DNA of 64,000 nt from Desulfosoma sp. (GCA_037481835.1 JBBFKW010000003.1:64001-128000), one strand, 5' to 3'; counted from the first letter of the stretch, positions 50,757 through 61,466 are shown. Numbers and translations are program-made. Notes: generated by a model from the sequence alone, not told the origin.

Positions 50757-53504
50757 ATGCCTGACGTCCAAAGACATTTTCGGCGCGCTCTCATTCTTTT
50801 CGGGGTGCTCTTTTCCATCGGCCTTCCCCTCTGCGGCTCTTTCGCCGAGGCCGCTGATCTTTCCGCGTCGGCCTCGTTCGTCGAACGACACCTCCAATCC
50901 CAAGGAGCGGACACCTTCGTGATTTTACGCAACGGCTTGACCGTCCTCATTCGCCCTCGAGAAGACACCGACGTGGTGGCCGCCAAGGTCTTTGTCCGGG
51001 CTGGATCCATTTACGAACAAGAAAAGATGGGTGCGGGCCTGTCCCATTACCTGGAGCATGTGGTGTCCGGGGGGACCACCAAATCCTTCACGGAGCGAGA
51101 AGCCCGGGACCGACTGGAAAAGCTCGGAGGCGCGACCAACGCCTACACGAGCCACGACCGCACGGTCTATTACATCACGACCAGTGCGCCCTACTGGCGC
51201 GATGCCCTGGATCTGCTCCTATCCTATGTGACGGAAAGCACCCTGGAGGACTCGGAGGTCGCCCGGGAAAAGGCGGTTATCCAGCAGGAATTCAAGCTCG
51301 GCGAAAACGATCCGCACAAAGAGCTTTGGAAACTGTTTATGAAAACGGCCTACCGCGTCCACCCTGCCCAGCACCCGGTGATCGGCTATGAGGAAGTGTT
51401 CGTCCAAACCAGCCGGGAGGACCTCCTTCGCTACTACACGGCCCGCTATCAGCCCCACAACATGGTGCTGGCCGTCGCCGGGCGCGTGAATCCCGAAGAA
51501 GTGATCGCCTTCGTGGGACAGAAGACGGCTTCCACCGCCCGAACGGGACAGGAGGAGCTTTCCCTGCCCCAGGAGCCTCCCCAGACGGGCCGCCGATGGG
51601 CGGAAAAAACGCTTCCCATGGCCCGCATGGTGCAAGCCATGGTGGGCTTCCGATCGGTCCCGCTGAGCCACGACGACCTTTACGCTTTGGACGTCCTGGC
51701 CATCGTGCTGGGCGAAGGGCGCACCAGCCGCCTCTACCAGCGGCTCAAGGACCGGGACCAAAAGGTCCTTCAGGTCAGCGCCTTCAATTGGACGCCTGCC
51801 TATGTGGACGGCCAATTCGTGGTATCCATGACGCTGGCCCCGCAGCACTGGCCCCATGTGCTGGACGCCTTAAAGGACGAAATCCGCCAGATTCAGGAAA
51901 AGGGCGTTTCCGATTCGGAACTGGAAAAGGCCAAGAAAAAAGTCATCGCCGCCCATGTGTTCGGAAAAGAAACCACGGAAGAAATGGCCTCTTCAGTGGC
52001 CTCGTCCTACTTCGACACCGGAGATCCGTATTTCGAGGATCTCTACGCGGAAAAGGTGCGGCGGGTGCGCAAGGCCGACGTGCAAAAGGCGGCCAAGCGT
52101 TACCTGGTGGAAGACGCCATGACCGTTGCAGTGATTCGACCGCAGGAGGTCGCCCGGGACGAAAAAGAGGCTGCGACGAGGCGCGGCGCAACCGGGACGA
52201 AGAGCCCGCAAGGGGCCGTGAAACGGGCGACGCTGCCCAATGGCCTCCGCGTGCTCCTCAAGGAAGATCACCGATTTCCCTTCGTCACCGTGCAGCTCTA
52301 CGGCATCGGTGGCGTGCTCCTCGAGGGTCCCGCCGAGGAAGGCTATGCGGCCATGACCGCCTCGCTGCTCACGGCCGGGACGAAAAAGCGGAGCAAGCTG
52401 GAAATCGCCCAGGCCTTGGAATCCGTCGGCGGGAGTCTTGCCAGCGGATCGCAGCATAACACCTATTACGTTGCGGCGAAGGTCCTGAGCGAAGATCTGC
52501 CGCTGGCTATGGACGTCTTGGCGGATGTGGTGCTGCACCCCGTTTTCCCGCTGCCCGAGGTGGAAAAGAAAAGGCAGGAGACCCTTCTTGCCATTCAAAA
52601 GCAGGATGAAAACTGGCAGACGGAACTCGCGCGTCTGTTCAAGAAGAACTTTTTCCGCGCGCATCCTTACGGCCACGATATTCTCGGGAGCGAAGCCTCC
52701 ATCCGAGCCGTCACCCGGGAAATGCTGCAGCGGTTTTATTCCAAGATGGTCGTGCCGCAGCGGGCTGTTTTGGCCGTCTACGGGGATTTCGATTCAGCCG
52801 CGCTCATGCCGCTCCTTAACAAGGCTTTCCAGACGTGGCGGCCTTCGGGACCTTCGGGCATGCCCGCCGTGCCGCAGGACGACGGCCGAATCCAAGGCCT
52901 TCACGTCGTTGAGAAAAAAAACGACAAGACGTCCCTCGGCCTCTTTGTGGGCACCCGCGGCTTGGATCTTCATGACGAGCGCATGGCCGCGCTGGATGTG
53001 CTGGATGCAGTGCTTTCCGGCATCGGTTATCCCGGAGGACGGCTTCACGCCGCTCTGCGAGGCGGAGACAACAATCTGGTGTACGTGGTGCACGCTTTTC
53101 CCTTCAGCGGCTATCGGGCGGGATACTTTGGCGTGATCACCCAGACGACCCAGAAAAACGGGCAGCGCGTGGAATCGATCATCCATGAACATCTGGACCG
53201 GATCATGAAGGAACCCGTTGGCGACGAGGAAATGCAGCGGGCCAAGGACATGGTGATCACCATGCACCTGCTGGAATTGGAAAGCCTGGAAGCCCAGGCG
53301 CGCAGCGCCGCCGTCAATGAGCTCCTCGGACTGGGCTACGATTACGCCGCCCGCTACCCGGACCTGGTGCGTGCGGTGACGGCCGAGGACGTCCGCAAAC
53401 TGGCGGAAGAACTCTTCGCCGGGCGCCTTGTGGTGCGCACCGTTCCCGAAAATCCGGTGGAAGCCCTTCCTGCGGACATGCCCGCCCCGGCCCATATCCG
53501 CTAG
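50757..53504 (+). CDS. M16 (pitrilysin/insulinase) zinc peptidase, exported, two fused halves
   Basis: Signal peptide, HYLEH inverted zincin, NAYTS, second LPNGLRV half lacking HxxEH. Confidence 0.93.
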   Translation: MPDVQRHFRRALILFGVLFSIGLPLCGSFAEAADLSASASFVERHLQSQGADTFVILRNGLTVLIRPREDTDVVAAKVFVRAGSIYEQEKMGAGLSHYLEHVVSGGTTKSFTEREARDRLEKLGGATNAYTSHDRTVYYITTSAPYWRDALDLLLSYVTESTLEDSEVAREKAVIQQEFKLGENDPHKELWKLFMKTAYRVHPAQHPVIGYEEVFVQTSREDLLRYYTARYQPHNMVLAVAGRVNPEEVIAFVGQKTASTARTGQEELSLPQEPPQTGRRWAEKTLPMARMVQAMVGFRSVPLSHDDLYALDVLAIVLGEGRTSRLYQRLKDRDQKVLQVSAFNWTPAYVDGQFVVSMTLAPQHWPHVLDALKDEIRQIQEKGVSDSELEKAKKKVIAAHVFGKETTEEMASSVASSYFDTGDPYFEDLYAEKVRRVRKADVQKAAKRYLVEDAMTVAVIRPQEVARDEKEAATRRGATGTKSPQGAVKRATLPNGLRVLLKEDHRFPFVTVQLYGIGGVLLEGPAEEGYAAMTASLLTAGTKKRSKLEIAQALESVGGSLASGSQHNTYYVAAKVLSEDLPLAMDVLADVVLHPVFPLPEVEKKRQETLLAIQKQDENWQTELARLFKKNFFRAHPYGHDILGSEASIRAVTREMLQRFYSKMVVPQRAVLAVYGDFDSAALMPLLNKAFQTWRPSGPSGMPAVPQDDGRIQGLHVVEKKNDKTSLGLFVGTRGLDLHDERMAALDVLDAVLSGIGYPGGRLHAALRGGDNNLVYVVHAFPFSGYRAGYFGVITQTTQKNGQRVESIIHEHLDRIMKEPVGDEEMQRAKDMVITMHLLELESLEAQARSAAVNELLGLGYDYAARYPDLVRAVTAEDVRKLAEELFAGRLVVRTVPENPVEALPADMPAPAHIR

Positions 53505-53532
53505 GGTGCGATCCGCGCGGGCCTCCGCCTTC

Positions 53533-55281
53533 TCAGGGGCGCGACACACTCAGGCGCTCTCGGAGCCTCTCCGCGTTGTCCCGCGCAAAATCCAGCGTGG
53601 GATCCAATTCCAAAGCCATTTCGTAGAGGCGCAGCGCTTCGCGCTCATGGCCCAGTTCTCGCAAGTTGGAGCCGATGTTGGCGTAATCGATGGCCGATCC
53701 GGGATCGATTTCAATGGCTTTTTCGAAGGCTTCGATGGCCTTCATGTGCTTTTTGAGTTTGTAGAGGCAAAAGCCCTTCAGGTTGTAGATTTCCTTCAAC
53801 CCCGGGTTGATTTTCTCCGCTTCTTCCAGGGCGTCCAGGGCGTCGTCGTAACGGCCCAAGTCTTTGCGGCATGAGGCGATATGGACGTAAATGCTTGCGA
53901 GTTCCTGGGGGTCTGGGTTTTGCCGAAGGGATTTTTCAAAGAGTGTGAGAGCCTCTTCGGAGCGTTCCATGCGTTCCAGGGCGTGGGCCGTAAAGAAGGT
54001 GAGATCGTAGCGCGGACCGAAGAGGCGTCCCAGACGCGTGAGCTGTTCCAGGGCTTCGGGAGGATCCAGGCTTCTAAGGACCGTGCGGGCCATGTGCTGA
54101 GCAAAGTCCGTGTGACGGGTGTGTTCGAGGAAGTGGGCTCCGGGAACGATGACGTAGACGCTGGGAATGGCGAGCTCCTCGTGGGTGACGTTGACGGCGA
54201 GGACATCCAAGTTGAGATGGGATAGGGCTTCGACGGCGCGCTGGATTTCCACGCGCAGATTGTCGTCACTCACATCGGGCAACGCCTCGATGGAAACGCT
54301 CCGTTCTCCGGCCATGAGATAAGCGGCTTCCTGAAGCGAGCCGTACTTGGGCAAGGTGGGCTTGTAGGTCGTTCGGTTCTCGAAATCCCCCGCCAGTTGG
54401 GCCACTTCGGTCAGGGCCCGACACAGGGATTTTGCCGGATGGGACGTGGTTCCCGCCGTGAAGACGATTTCGCTCTTCAGGGGGAACGTCTGCGGGTCGT
54501 AGGCCAAAACGCCCACGCTGGGAATGCCCGTGTCCAATGAAAAATCGCGGACGAACAGGCGGATTCCACACCGGTGGAACTTTCCGATGAGTTCCCTCGC
54601 CGCCTCGTCTCGGACACTTTCGAGATCGATGGCCGGCGTGAGGCGCCGTTCATAGGAAATGACCGAGCCCACATGCCTTTCGACGACTTCGCATAGGGCC
54701 TGCAACACGGCCTCTTCCAGCGTGTTCCCCGCGGCGGGACCGTTGTATTCGTTGATGAGATAAAACCAATCGATGGGGACCCATTGGTCCCAATCCTTGG
54801 TGAGGTTTCGGCCGGGAACCCAGTGCATGGGGCATTCCTTGAGGAAGTTCCGGACGCGGTCGACCGGCGTTTCGGTGTCGTGGACGGACTTCAAGAGCAC
54901 GTCCGGAGCCGTTGCCGCCCCGTCCAACGCGTCCATGGGGGCTTTGAGGAACCGCTGGGCGTTGATGAAGGAAAAGAAGCTGAACCGTTCCATGAGTTCC
55001 ATCAGAGCGCTGGCTTCCGCCTGGGAAGGAGTGGCGCCTTTGCCCATCTGCTTTTGCGTGCCCGTCAGGGCGGCGGCATCGGGGCCGCACAGGCTGATGT
55101 AGACGGGGATACCCAATCGGCCCGAATCGATGCGAAGCGTCTTGGCGAGAACGCGCATGCGAAGATTTTCAAGACGCCCGCGCACCCACTGTATGGTCTC
55201 TTCGGGGAATCGGGCCTTTTCCTGATCATATCGGAAGGTTTTAAAGCAATCACGCACTGTGATGCGGGAATCCAGGCGCAT
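53533..55281 (-). CDS. YcaO-family protein with C-terminal TPR domain
   Basis: QMGKG, SALMELMER, NGPAAGNTLEEAVLQALCEVVERH, RALTEVAQ; TPR repeats. Confidence 0.9.
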   Translation of the reverse strand: MRLDSRITVRDCFKTFRYDQEKARFPEETIQWVRGRLENLRMRVLAKTLRIDSGRLGIPVYISLCGPDAAALTGTQKQMGKGATPSQAEASALMELMERFSFFSFINAQRFLKAPMDALDGAATAPDVLLKSVHDTETPVDRVRNFLKECPMHWVPGRNLTKDWDQWVPIDWFYLINEYNGPAAGNTLEEAVLQALCEVVERHVGSVISYERRLTPAIDLESVRDEAARELIGKFHRCGIRLFVRDFSLDTGIPSVGVLAYDPQTFPLKSEIVFTAGTTSHPAKSLCRALTEVAQLAGDFENRTTYKPTLPKYGSLQEAAYLMAGERSVSIEALPDVSDDNLRVEIQRAVEALSHLNLDVLAVNVTHEELAIPSVYVIVPGAHFLEHTRHTDFAQHMARTVLRSLDPPEALEQLTRLGRLFGPRYDLTFFTAHALERMERSEEALTLFEKSLRQNPDPQELASIYVHIASCRKDLGRYDDALDALEEAEKINPGLKEIYNLKGFCLYKLKKHMKAIEAFEKAIEIDPGSAIDYANIGSNLRELGHEREALRLYEMALELDPTLDFARDNAERLRERLSVSRP

Positions 55282-55361
55282 GGGGGGCTCTCCTCTGTGA
55301 CAGCCGGGGTCCAGGTTCAGGTTCGCAGGCATAGCGGCGGGGACCCTGCGATTCGGCGCGG

Positions 55362-56261
55362 TCATGATGAAAGGCTGTGGGCGGTTTTGGCGTTGTGGGC
55401 GTCCACGGAGGCACGGATGGTTTCCAAGAGCTGCCGGGCTTGAATCCCGGATTGAAAGGATCGGGGCAGGCCCTTGACGGATCGGAGCTCTTCCAAGGTT
55501 TCGGGCATTTTTTGCGCAAGCCGGATCAAGGCCTCGTTGGGGAGGACGCGGAACGGCGCCCGGTCCAGCCTTCGGGCCGTTGCATCGCGAAAGGTGTAGA
55601 GGTCTTTCAGCACGGAGCGGGCCTTGCGGGACAAGCCCCGCACTCCCTGGAGCCGCCGATAGCCGTCGGCAGGAAAGCGTTCTCGGGGCGGGGCTTGATC
55701 ACACACGCGGGCGAACGCCTCCCGCGCCTGGTCCCACAGGCCCCTGTGCACCAGTTCCCCGTAGAGCTGGTCGCGCAGGGAAATGAGGTAATGCGTGTCC
55801 AGGCGGGCGTAGTGGAGCTGGCAATCCTTCAAGGGGCGCACGCCCCAGTCACAGCGCTGCCATTTCTTGTCGAGCTGGACCTGAAACCGAGCCGCCAGCA
55901 CGTGGGACAAACCCAGGTGTTTTTCGCCCAAGATCTTGCAGGCAACGGCCGTATCGAACACGTTTCGGAACGAAAAGCCGAAATCCCTCTTGAGGGACCC
56001 GATGTCGTTGGCCGCGGCATGAAAGATTTTTTCCACGGCGGGGTCTTGAAAAAGGTTTGACAAACATTCCGGGTGGGCGATGCTTAGGGGGTCGATGATG
56101 TAATCATCCTGATCCGTGGAAATCTGGATCAGGCACACGCGTTCGAAGTAGGCATAATAGCCGTTGGATTCCGTGTCCACGGCGATGCGGGGGCAGGAAA
56201 GCAGCGTGTTCAGGCTCTTCTCCAAGGCATGATCCGACTCGATGAGGATATAGGGCCGCAT
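55362..56261 (-). CDS. rnd: Ribonuclease D (DEDDy 3'-5' exonuclease plus HRDC)
   Basis: AVDTE, LIQIS, KIFHAAAND, FDT, DWGVRPL, YARLDTHYL, HRDC domain. Confidence 0.88.
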   Translation of the reverse strand: MRPYILIESDHALEKSLNTLLSCPRIAVDTESNGYYAYFERVCLIQISTDQDDYIIDPLSIAHPECLSNLFQDPAVEKIFHAAANDIGSLKRDFGFSFRNVFDTAVACKILGEKHLGLSHVLAARFQVQLDKKWQRCDWGVRPLKDCQLHYARLDTHYLISLRDQLYGELVHRGLWDQAREAFARVCDQAPPRERFPADGYRRLQGVRGLSRKARSVLKDLYTFRDATARRLDRAPFRVLPNEALIRLAQKMPETLEELRSVKGLPRSFQSGIQARQLLETIRASVDAHNAKTAHSLSS

Positions 56262-56321
56262 GAGAAGGGGTCTCGATTCCTGTCCTCGTTTTGCCCGCTG
56301 GAAGCCTACCGGAGTGGGGCC

Positions 56322-57092
56322 ATGAGTCGCAAAAGGAAAAAATCCACCCCCCCGCCTCCGTCGATCCGTACCAAGGCGTCGCCCGCCGATGAGCAGGGCT
56401 TCTATACCCCTTTCTCCTGCTTGGATCAATACGGGAAACGCAAGACTCGCCGGTCTTCAGCGCGAAACCTTGTGCCCGAAACCGGAACGGCTCCTGGGGC
56501 GGCGGGGGATGAGTCTTTCGGGGAAGAGCGGCTTTTTCTTGAAGCCATGGCCGATGTGGTCCCACTGCCGCAGGATGCCAGGCAACGCGTCCCTCCGGGC
56601 GGGCCTACGGGAGGGTTTCCGCGCTTTGCCGTGCGCGAAGACTGGGAAGTCCTGGCCCATCTTGCGGATCTTGTGAGCGGCGAAAGCCGGTTTTCCGTCC
56701 ACTATTCCGACGAATACATGGACGGGGCGGTGGTCGGTCTAGCGCCCACGGTGCTCAAGCGGCTCCGAAACGGCGACTTCAGCTACCAGGACCATGTGGA
56801 CCTGCACGGGTTGACCCGACAGGAAGCCCAGGACCGGGTGACGGACTTCCTCCTGCGCAGCCATGCCCGAGGGGTCCGCTGCGTGTTGGTGATCTGCGGC
56901 CGAGGACTCAATTCCCAGGGCAAAGAGCCGGTCCTGAAGCGTGAGCTCGTCAACTGGATGACCCGGGCTCCGCTCAAACGGCTCGTGCTGGCCTTCGCCA
57001 GTGCAAGGACGTGGGACGGAGGGGCGGGAGCCGTCTACGTGTTGCTGCGCCGCCGCAAAGGAAAAGCCCCCGTGCGCACGCCGGCTCTGTAG
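56322..57092 (+). CDS. Smr/MutS-related domain protein
   Basis: VDLHGLT, VICGRGLNS, PVLK, GGAGAVYVLL. Confidence 0.9.
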   Translation: MSRKRKKSTPPPPSIRTKASPADEQGFYTPFSCLDQYGKRKTRRSSARNLVPETGTAPGAAGDESFGEERLFLEAMADVVPLPQDARQRVPPGGPTGGFPRFAVREDWEVLAHLADLVSGESRFSVHYSDEYMDGAVVGLAPTVLKRLRNGDFSYQDHVDLHGLTRQEAQDRVTDFLLRSHARGVRCVLVICGRGLNSQGKEPVLKRELVNWMTRAPLKRLVLAFASARTWDGGAGAVYVLLRRRKGKAPVRTPAL

Positions 57093-57237
57093 CCGCCAGG
57101 CCGCCGCGGCCCGCCCAGGGCCCCGGATTCGCGCCGACCCGGGAGCTCGTCTGAAAAGGGCTCGCTTGCCTCATGCCACGTTGAGTTCCCGTCCCCGCCA
57201 AAGCGGCAGTCCAGATTTCATGGATTCCCGGTAACGC

Positions 57238-57392
57238 GTTGGGGTTCGCTTTGCTCACCCCAACCTACGGCTTTGTTGGGATGCCGGCTGGGGAATGGAG
57301 GTTGGGGTTCGCTTCGCTCACCCCAACCTACGGGTTTGTTTAAGGATGTTGGCCGGGGAATGTAGGTTGGGGTGAGCGAAGCGAACCCCAAC
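57238..57392. repeat. Cluster of three GTAG-type REPs (57238-57268, 57301-57331, inverted 57362-57392)
   Basis: Same 31-nt unit as at 9751, between convergent genes. Confidence 0.9.
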
Positions 57393-57597
57393 ACGAATTC
57401 CCACATTTCCAGCAACCGATGGACTCCCGCTTGGGCGGGAGCGCGGTTTGCAGAGTTCTCGGAGAACTTAGTCCCATTCAACAAGATGCGACGCCCAAAG
57501 CCGGCATTGCCGCCTGCCGCAAGAAAACCGGCTGGGAGAGGATCTTCCCGCCCCACTTTTGGGGTTCCTGGAAGTTGCGTGCAATGGCCTTGAGGGT

Positions 57598-58533
57598 TCA
57601 GCGGACGAGGACCTGCACGCCCTTGAGCAGACGGCTCGGAAGCCGTATGTCCCCCATAAGGGTGCTCACCCGGACTCCCAAAAGGATGAACACGGCCCCG
57701 ACCAATTGGGCCCAGGACAGGGTCTCGTCCAAGACAATGCGGGCCGTCAGGACGGTGACCAGGGGAATGAGATTGATCCACACGGCCACCTGAGATGCGG
57801 GGAGAATTTGCAGCGAGGTGTTATAGAGCCAAAAGGCTGCAAGGGTTGCGAAAAAGGCGAGAAACAACAGGCTGATGACCGCCTGAGCCGTGGGAATCGC
57901 CCTCACGGCGCTTTCTCCGTCGGCGAAGGCGAACAGCGCGAAAAAAACCGTGGCGAAGGCGGCTTGGATCGTCGTCAAGGTCATGGGCCGATAGCGGGCG
58001 CTCAGGGATCGGCTGACGATGGTATAGACCGAGGCGCACAGGGCTGCGCCCATGATGAGCAGATTTCCCAGGAAGGGGGAGGTGGCCTGGGAAGAACCGT
58101 CCATGTCTTTATGGACGAGAAAGGCGATGCCGACCAGGGTCAAGGCCACGCCGAGCCCCGTTTTGAGGCGGACGGGTTCTTTGAGGAAAGCGGCGCCGAG
58201 GATCATGACGAAGACAGGGATGGACCCGATGATCAAGGACGCCACGGAGGCGCTCGTATACATCAGGCCCCGGGTTTCGCACAGAAAATACAAGCCCGGT
58301 TCCATCACCCCCAAGAGGCAAAAAAGCCCGAGATCCCGGCCGTGCAGCTTTTCCCTTTTGAAGAAGAAAAAGGCCGGCAGGAGAAAGCCGGAAGCGACGG
58401 CGAATCGCAAAGCAAGAAGCCCATAGGGCGTAAAGATCTGCAGCGCCACCTTGGTGGCCACAAAAGAAGCACCCCAGATGAGGCACGCCGCGGCGGCCGC
58501 CGCGTATCCTTTCACATTGCCGTTCAGCATCAC
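57598..58533 (-). CDS. DMT/EamA-family transporter
   Basis: IWGASFVATK, LRFAVA, two EamA repeats, about 10 TM helices. Confidence 0.92.
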   Translation of the reverse strand: MMLNGNVKGYAAAAAACLIWGASFVATKVALQIFTPYGLLALRFAVASGFLLPAFFFFKREKLHGRDLGLFCLLGVMEPGLYFLCETRGLMYTSASVASLIIGSIPVFVMILGAAFLKEPVRLKTGLGVALTLVGIAFLVHKDMDGSSQATSPFLGNLLIMGAALCASVYTIVSRSLSARYRPMTLTTIQAAFATVFFALFAFADGESAVRAIPTAQAVISLLFLAFFATLAAFWLYNTSLQILPASQVAVWINLIPLVTVLTARIVLDETLSWAQLVGAVFILLGVRVSTLMGDIRLPSRLLKGVQVLVR

Positions 58534-58550
58534 TCGGGCCCCGAGACGAC

Positions 58551-58597
58551 AAAAAAAGAGAGAACCCGCATGGAAGCACCCTGCGGGCTCTCTTTTT
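58551..58597 (-). terminator. Intrinsic (possibly bidirectional) terminator after the ferritin-like gene
   Basis: A7-GAGAGAACCCGCA...TGCGGGCTCTC-T5. Confidence 0.75.
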
Positions 58598-58618
58598 CGG
58601 CGACGGTCACAAAAAGGT

Positions 58619-59080
58619 TTAATCCCAGCTCAGGATCTGATCGTCGTAGAGTTCCTCGATTTTGCGCTTATGCTTAATTTCTTCCTGGGCGAGCATTTCG
58701 AAAACCTTGGCCGTTTTCTCGTGCATGCACTTTTCTTTCCATGCGCTGTAGAAGGCATGGGCCTTTTCTTCTTTCTTCATGGCCAAAGTCAGGGCTTCCT
58801 GATACGTCATGTCGTCTCGGAAGGGCACATCCATCAGATAGTCGCTGATCTTGAGATCTTCGACCTTATCCAGTTTGAAATCTTCCAGTCCCGCGGGGTC
58901 CAGACCTTTCAGGAGTTCGCGATGCTTCTTTTCTTCCTCGACCATTTCGAGGAAAAATTCCTTGATGCCGGGGTTCTTGGCCTTGTCGGCGCATTTTTGG
59001 TAGAAGTCCATGGCCAGTTCTTCTTTCTTGATGGCGAAGTTCACCACGTCATCAAAGGATCGACAGGTCAAGACGGACAT
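58619..59080 (-). CDS. Rubrerythrin-like ferritin-family protein
   Basis: AIKKEELAMDFY...EEKKH and AMKKEEKAHAFY...EEIKH diiron motifs; GGAGG RBS. Confidence 0.9.
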   Translation of the reverse strand: MSVLTCRSFDDVVNFAIKKEELAMDFYQKCADKAKNPGIKEFFLEMVEEEKKHRELLKGLDPAGLEDFKLDKVEDLKISDYLMDVPFRDDMTYQEALTLAMKKEEKAHAFYSAWKEKCMHEKTAKVFEMLAQEEIKHKRKIEELYDDQILSWD

Positions 59081-59212
59081 GACGGCCTCCTCTTTGGGTC
59101 CAATGGCGAAAAGTTGCCCTTGCGCGTTTTTCCGCGAACTTGGATTCTCATAGCAGAATCCTAAGGCTGGAAGCAACCGGTTTCAAGATTCCCGGAAGGT
59201 CCTCCCCTGCGC

Positions 59213-60958
59213 TCACGCAAAAAGGGGCACGGCTTCGAACCGCTCCACGTCCACCAGGCCGCGGGAGGTCATCTTGAGGGCGGGGATGACCGGCAAAGCC
59301 AAAAAGGAAAGCGCCATGAAGGGATGCTTCAAGGAAGAGCCGAGGGCGCGGGCGGCTTCGTTCACGTCTTCCAGGGCGCGACACACCTCTTTTAGCGGCT
59401 TCAGGCTCATGAGGCCGGCGACGGGCAGGGGCATGTGGGCCATCAGCCCCTGCGAGGAAGCGACGCTCATCCCGCCGCGGCTTTCTATGACCGCCCGGAC
59501 GGCGGATGTTATGGCGTCATCGTCCGCCCCGACGGCGATCAGATGGTGGGAGTCGTGAGCCACCGTGCTTGCCAAAGCCCCTTCCCGAAGGCCGAATCCC
59601 CGGACGAAGCCCACCGCCGGCCGACCGGCGTCCTTCCCTGAATCGTAGCGGTTGAAGACGACGATTTTCAAAAGATCCCGATCGACGTCGCAGACGGCGG
59701 CGTCATCGCGGATCGTCGCCGGAAGGACCAGATGGTCGGTTATGACGCTGCCTTCGCGCACCCCGATCACCCGCAGCAGACGTCCCCGGGCGGGAACCCG
59801 AAGGTCTTCGGGATCCACGCGGGAGACGGCCATGGGACTCGGCAGGCTTTCCATGATCGTGTCCCGCGGCCAGTCTTCGGGCCGGCACAGGGCCCCGTCC
59901 TGCACGACGCACCGGCCGTCTTTGAAAACGAGGCTCGGTTTCCACGGCGTCAAGGTAGGACTTACGGAAAAATCCGCCGCATATCCCGGGGCGACGGCGC
60001 CTCGACCCCGAAGGCCGAAAGCCTGGGCGGCGGTCCACGACGCCAGGGCGACGGCGCGCACGGGATCCATGCCCAGAGCGGTCGCCCGATTGACCACGCT
60101 GTCCATGTGGCCTTCGCGGAGCAGATCGGTGGGATGCCGATCATCGGAAACGAAAAGGCAGCGCGGCCAAGTGGCGTCCGTCACGGCGCCGAGGAGGGTG
60201 GCCATGTCCTTGGATTGGCTTCCTTCCCGGATCATGAGGGTCATGCCTTTGGCGAGTTTTTCCAGGGCTTCGTCCAGCGTGGTCGTTTCATGGTCGGAGG
60301 AGATCCCGCAGGCGAGGTAGGCGTTGAGATCTTCGCCCGTGACCTTCGGGCAGTGCCCGTCGCGAATCGTGTCCTGAAAGAGGACGATCTTTTCCAGCAC
60401 GGCGGGGTCTGCGTCGAGCACGCCGGGAAAATTCATCATTTCCGCCAGCCCGAGCACCCTGGGATGGCTGCGGAGCGTATGGAGATCGGCGCCCCGCAGG
60501 ACCGCTCCGGCGGGATCCATGGGGGAGGCCGGAACACAGCTGGGAAGCATGAAGAAAAAATCCAAGGGCAAGCCTTCCGACGCCTGGATCAGCGCGAGAA
60601 TCCCCGGAAGGCCCAAAACGTTGGCGATTTCATGAGGGTCCAGGACCACGGCCGTGGTGCCGTGCGGCAGGACCGCTTTGGCGAATTCCGTGGGGCTGAG
60701 CAGTGTGCTTTCCAGGTGAAGGTGCCCGTCGATGAAGCCCGGAGCCACAAAGGCGCCGTGAAGATCCATTTCGCATCGGCCCCTGTAGTCTCCCCAGCCC
60801 GCAATGCGACCCCCATGCACCGCAAGATGCCCCGGCTGGAGGGCCCCGGTACAGACATTGACGATCCGGACGTTTCGAAGGCACAGTTGTGCAACCTTGC
60901 GCCCGCGGGCGACCTCGATGAGCTCGCCCAGGGCGGCCATGTCCATCAGCGGCGACAT
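59213..60958 (-). CDS. ade: Adenine deaminase
   Basis: PGFIDGHLHLES, DPHEIANV, LAEMMNFPG, DGHCP, SDHE, IREGS, SDD, STVAHDSH. Confidence 0.95.
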   Translation of the reverse strand: MSPLMDMAALGELIEVARGRKVAQLCLRNVRIVNVCTGALQPGHLAVHGGRIAGWGDYRGRCEMDLHGAFVAPGFIDGHLHLESTLLSPTEFAKAVLPHGTTAVVLDPHEIANVLGLPGILALIQASEGLPLDFFFMLPSCVPASPMDPAGAVLRGADLHTLRSHPRVLGLAEMMNFPGVLDADPAVLEKIVLFQDTIRDGHCPKVTGEDLNAYLACGISSDHETTTLDEALEKLAKGMTLMIREGSQSKDMATLLGAVTDATWPRCLFVSDDRHPTDLLREGHMDSVVNRATALGMDPVRAVALASWTAAQAFGLRGRGAVAPGYAADFSVSPTLTPWKPSLVFKDGRCVVQDGALCRPEDWPRDTIMESLPSPMAVSRVDPEDLRVPARGRLLRVIGVREGSVITDHLVLPATIRDDAAVCDVDRDLLKIVVFNRYDSGKDAGRPAVGFVRGFGLREGALASTVAHDSHHLIAVGADDDAITSAVRAVIESRGGMSVASSQGLMAHMPLPVAGLMSLKPLKEVCRALEDVNEAARALGSSLKHPFMALSFLALPVIPALKMTSRGLVDVERFEAVPLFA

Positions 60959-60965
60959 AAGGCGC

Positions 60966-61466
60966 TCACATCTTGTACTTGCCGAAATCTTCGGGGTCGA
61001 GTTTTTCCAGCAGTTCTTCCAGGTTTTCCTTGTCTTCCTGGCGGAAGACGGGGTGTGTGTCCTTTTCGCCGACCTTTTGGGAGCGCTTGAGCACGTCTTC
61101 CTTCACGTAGATGGGCGCGTTGGTGCGAAGGGCAATGGCGATGGCGTCGCTCGGCCGGGAATCGATGGGGGTTACGCCGAGCTCCGTCCTGAGGTAGATC
61201 AAGGCGTAGTAAGTGTTTTCCTTGAGGTCGCAGACTTCGATCTTTTCCACCTGCACATGGAGGTGATCCAGCAGATTTTTCACCAGGTCGTGGGTCATAG
61301 GGCGCGGGAACTTGATCTTTTCCAATTCCGTGGCGATGGAGGTGGCTTCCAGCAATCCGATCCAAATGGGCAGGTGGTCGTCCCCATCGGGGTCGTTCAA
61401 AATGACGATGGGAGTGTTGGTCTGCGGGTCCATGACCAAACCGGCGACCTTCATCAATCGATACAT
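60966..61466 (-). CDS. Bifunctional nuclease family protein (DUF151)
   Basis: LPIWIGLLEA, RPMTHDL, DSRPSDAIAIALR. Confidence 0.93.
   Translation of the reverse strand: MYRLMKVAGLVMDPQTNTPIVILNDPDGDDHLPIWIGLLEATSIATELEKIKFPRPMTHDLVKNLLDHLHVQVEKIEVCDLKENTYYALIYLRTELGVTPIDSRPSDAIAIALRTNAPIYVKEDVLKRSQKVGEKDTHPVFRQEDKENLEELLEKLDPEDFGKYKM

Noticed and set aside
50428..55281. RiPP cluster (small ORF, M16 peptidase, YcaO)
   Set aside because: YcaO is on the opposite strand, the peptidase is exported, and the 67-aa ORF is a charged helix lacking a Cys/Ser/Thr-rich core
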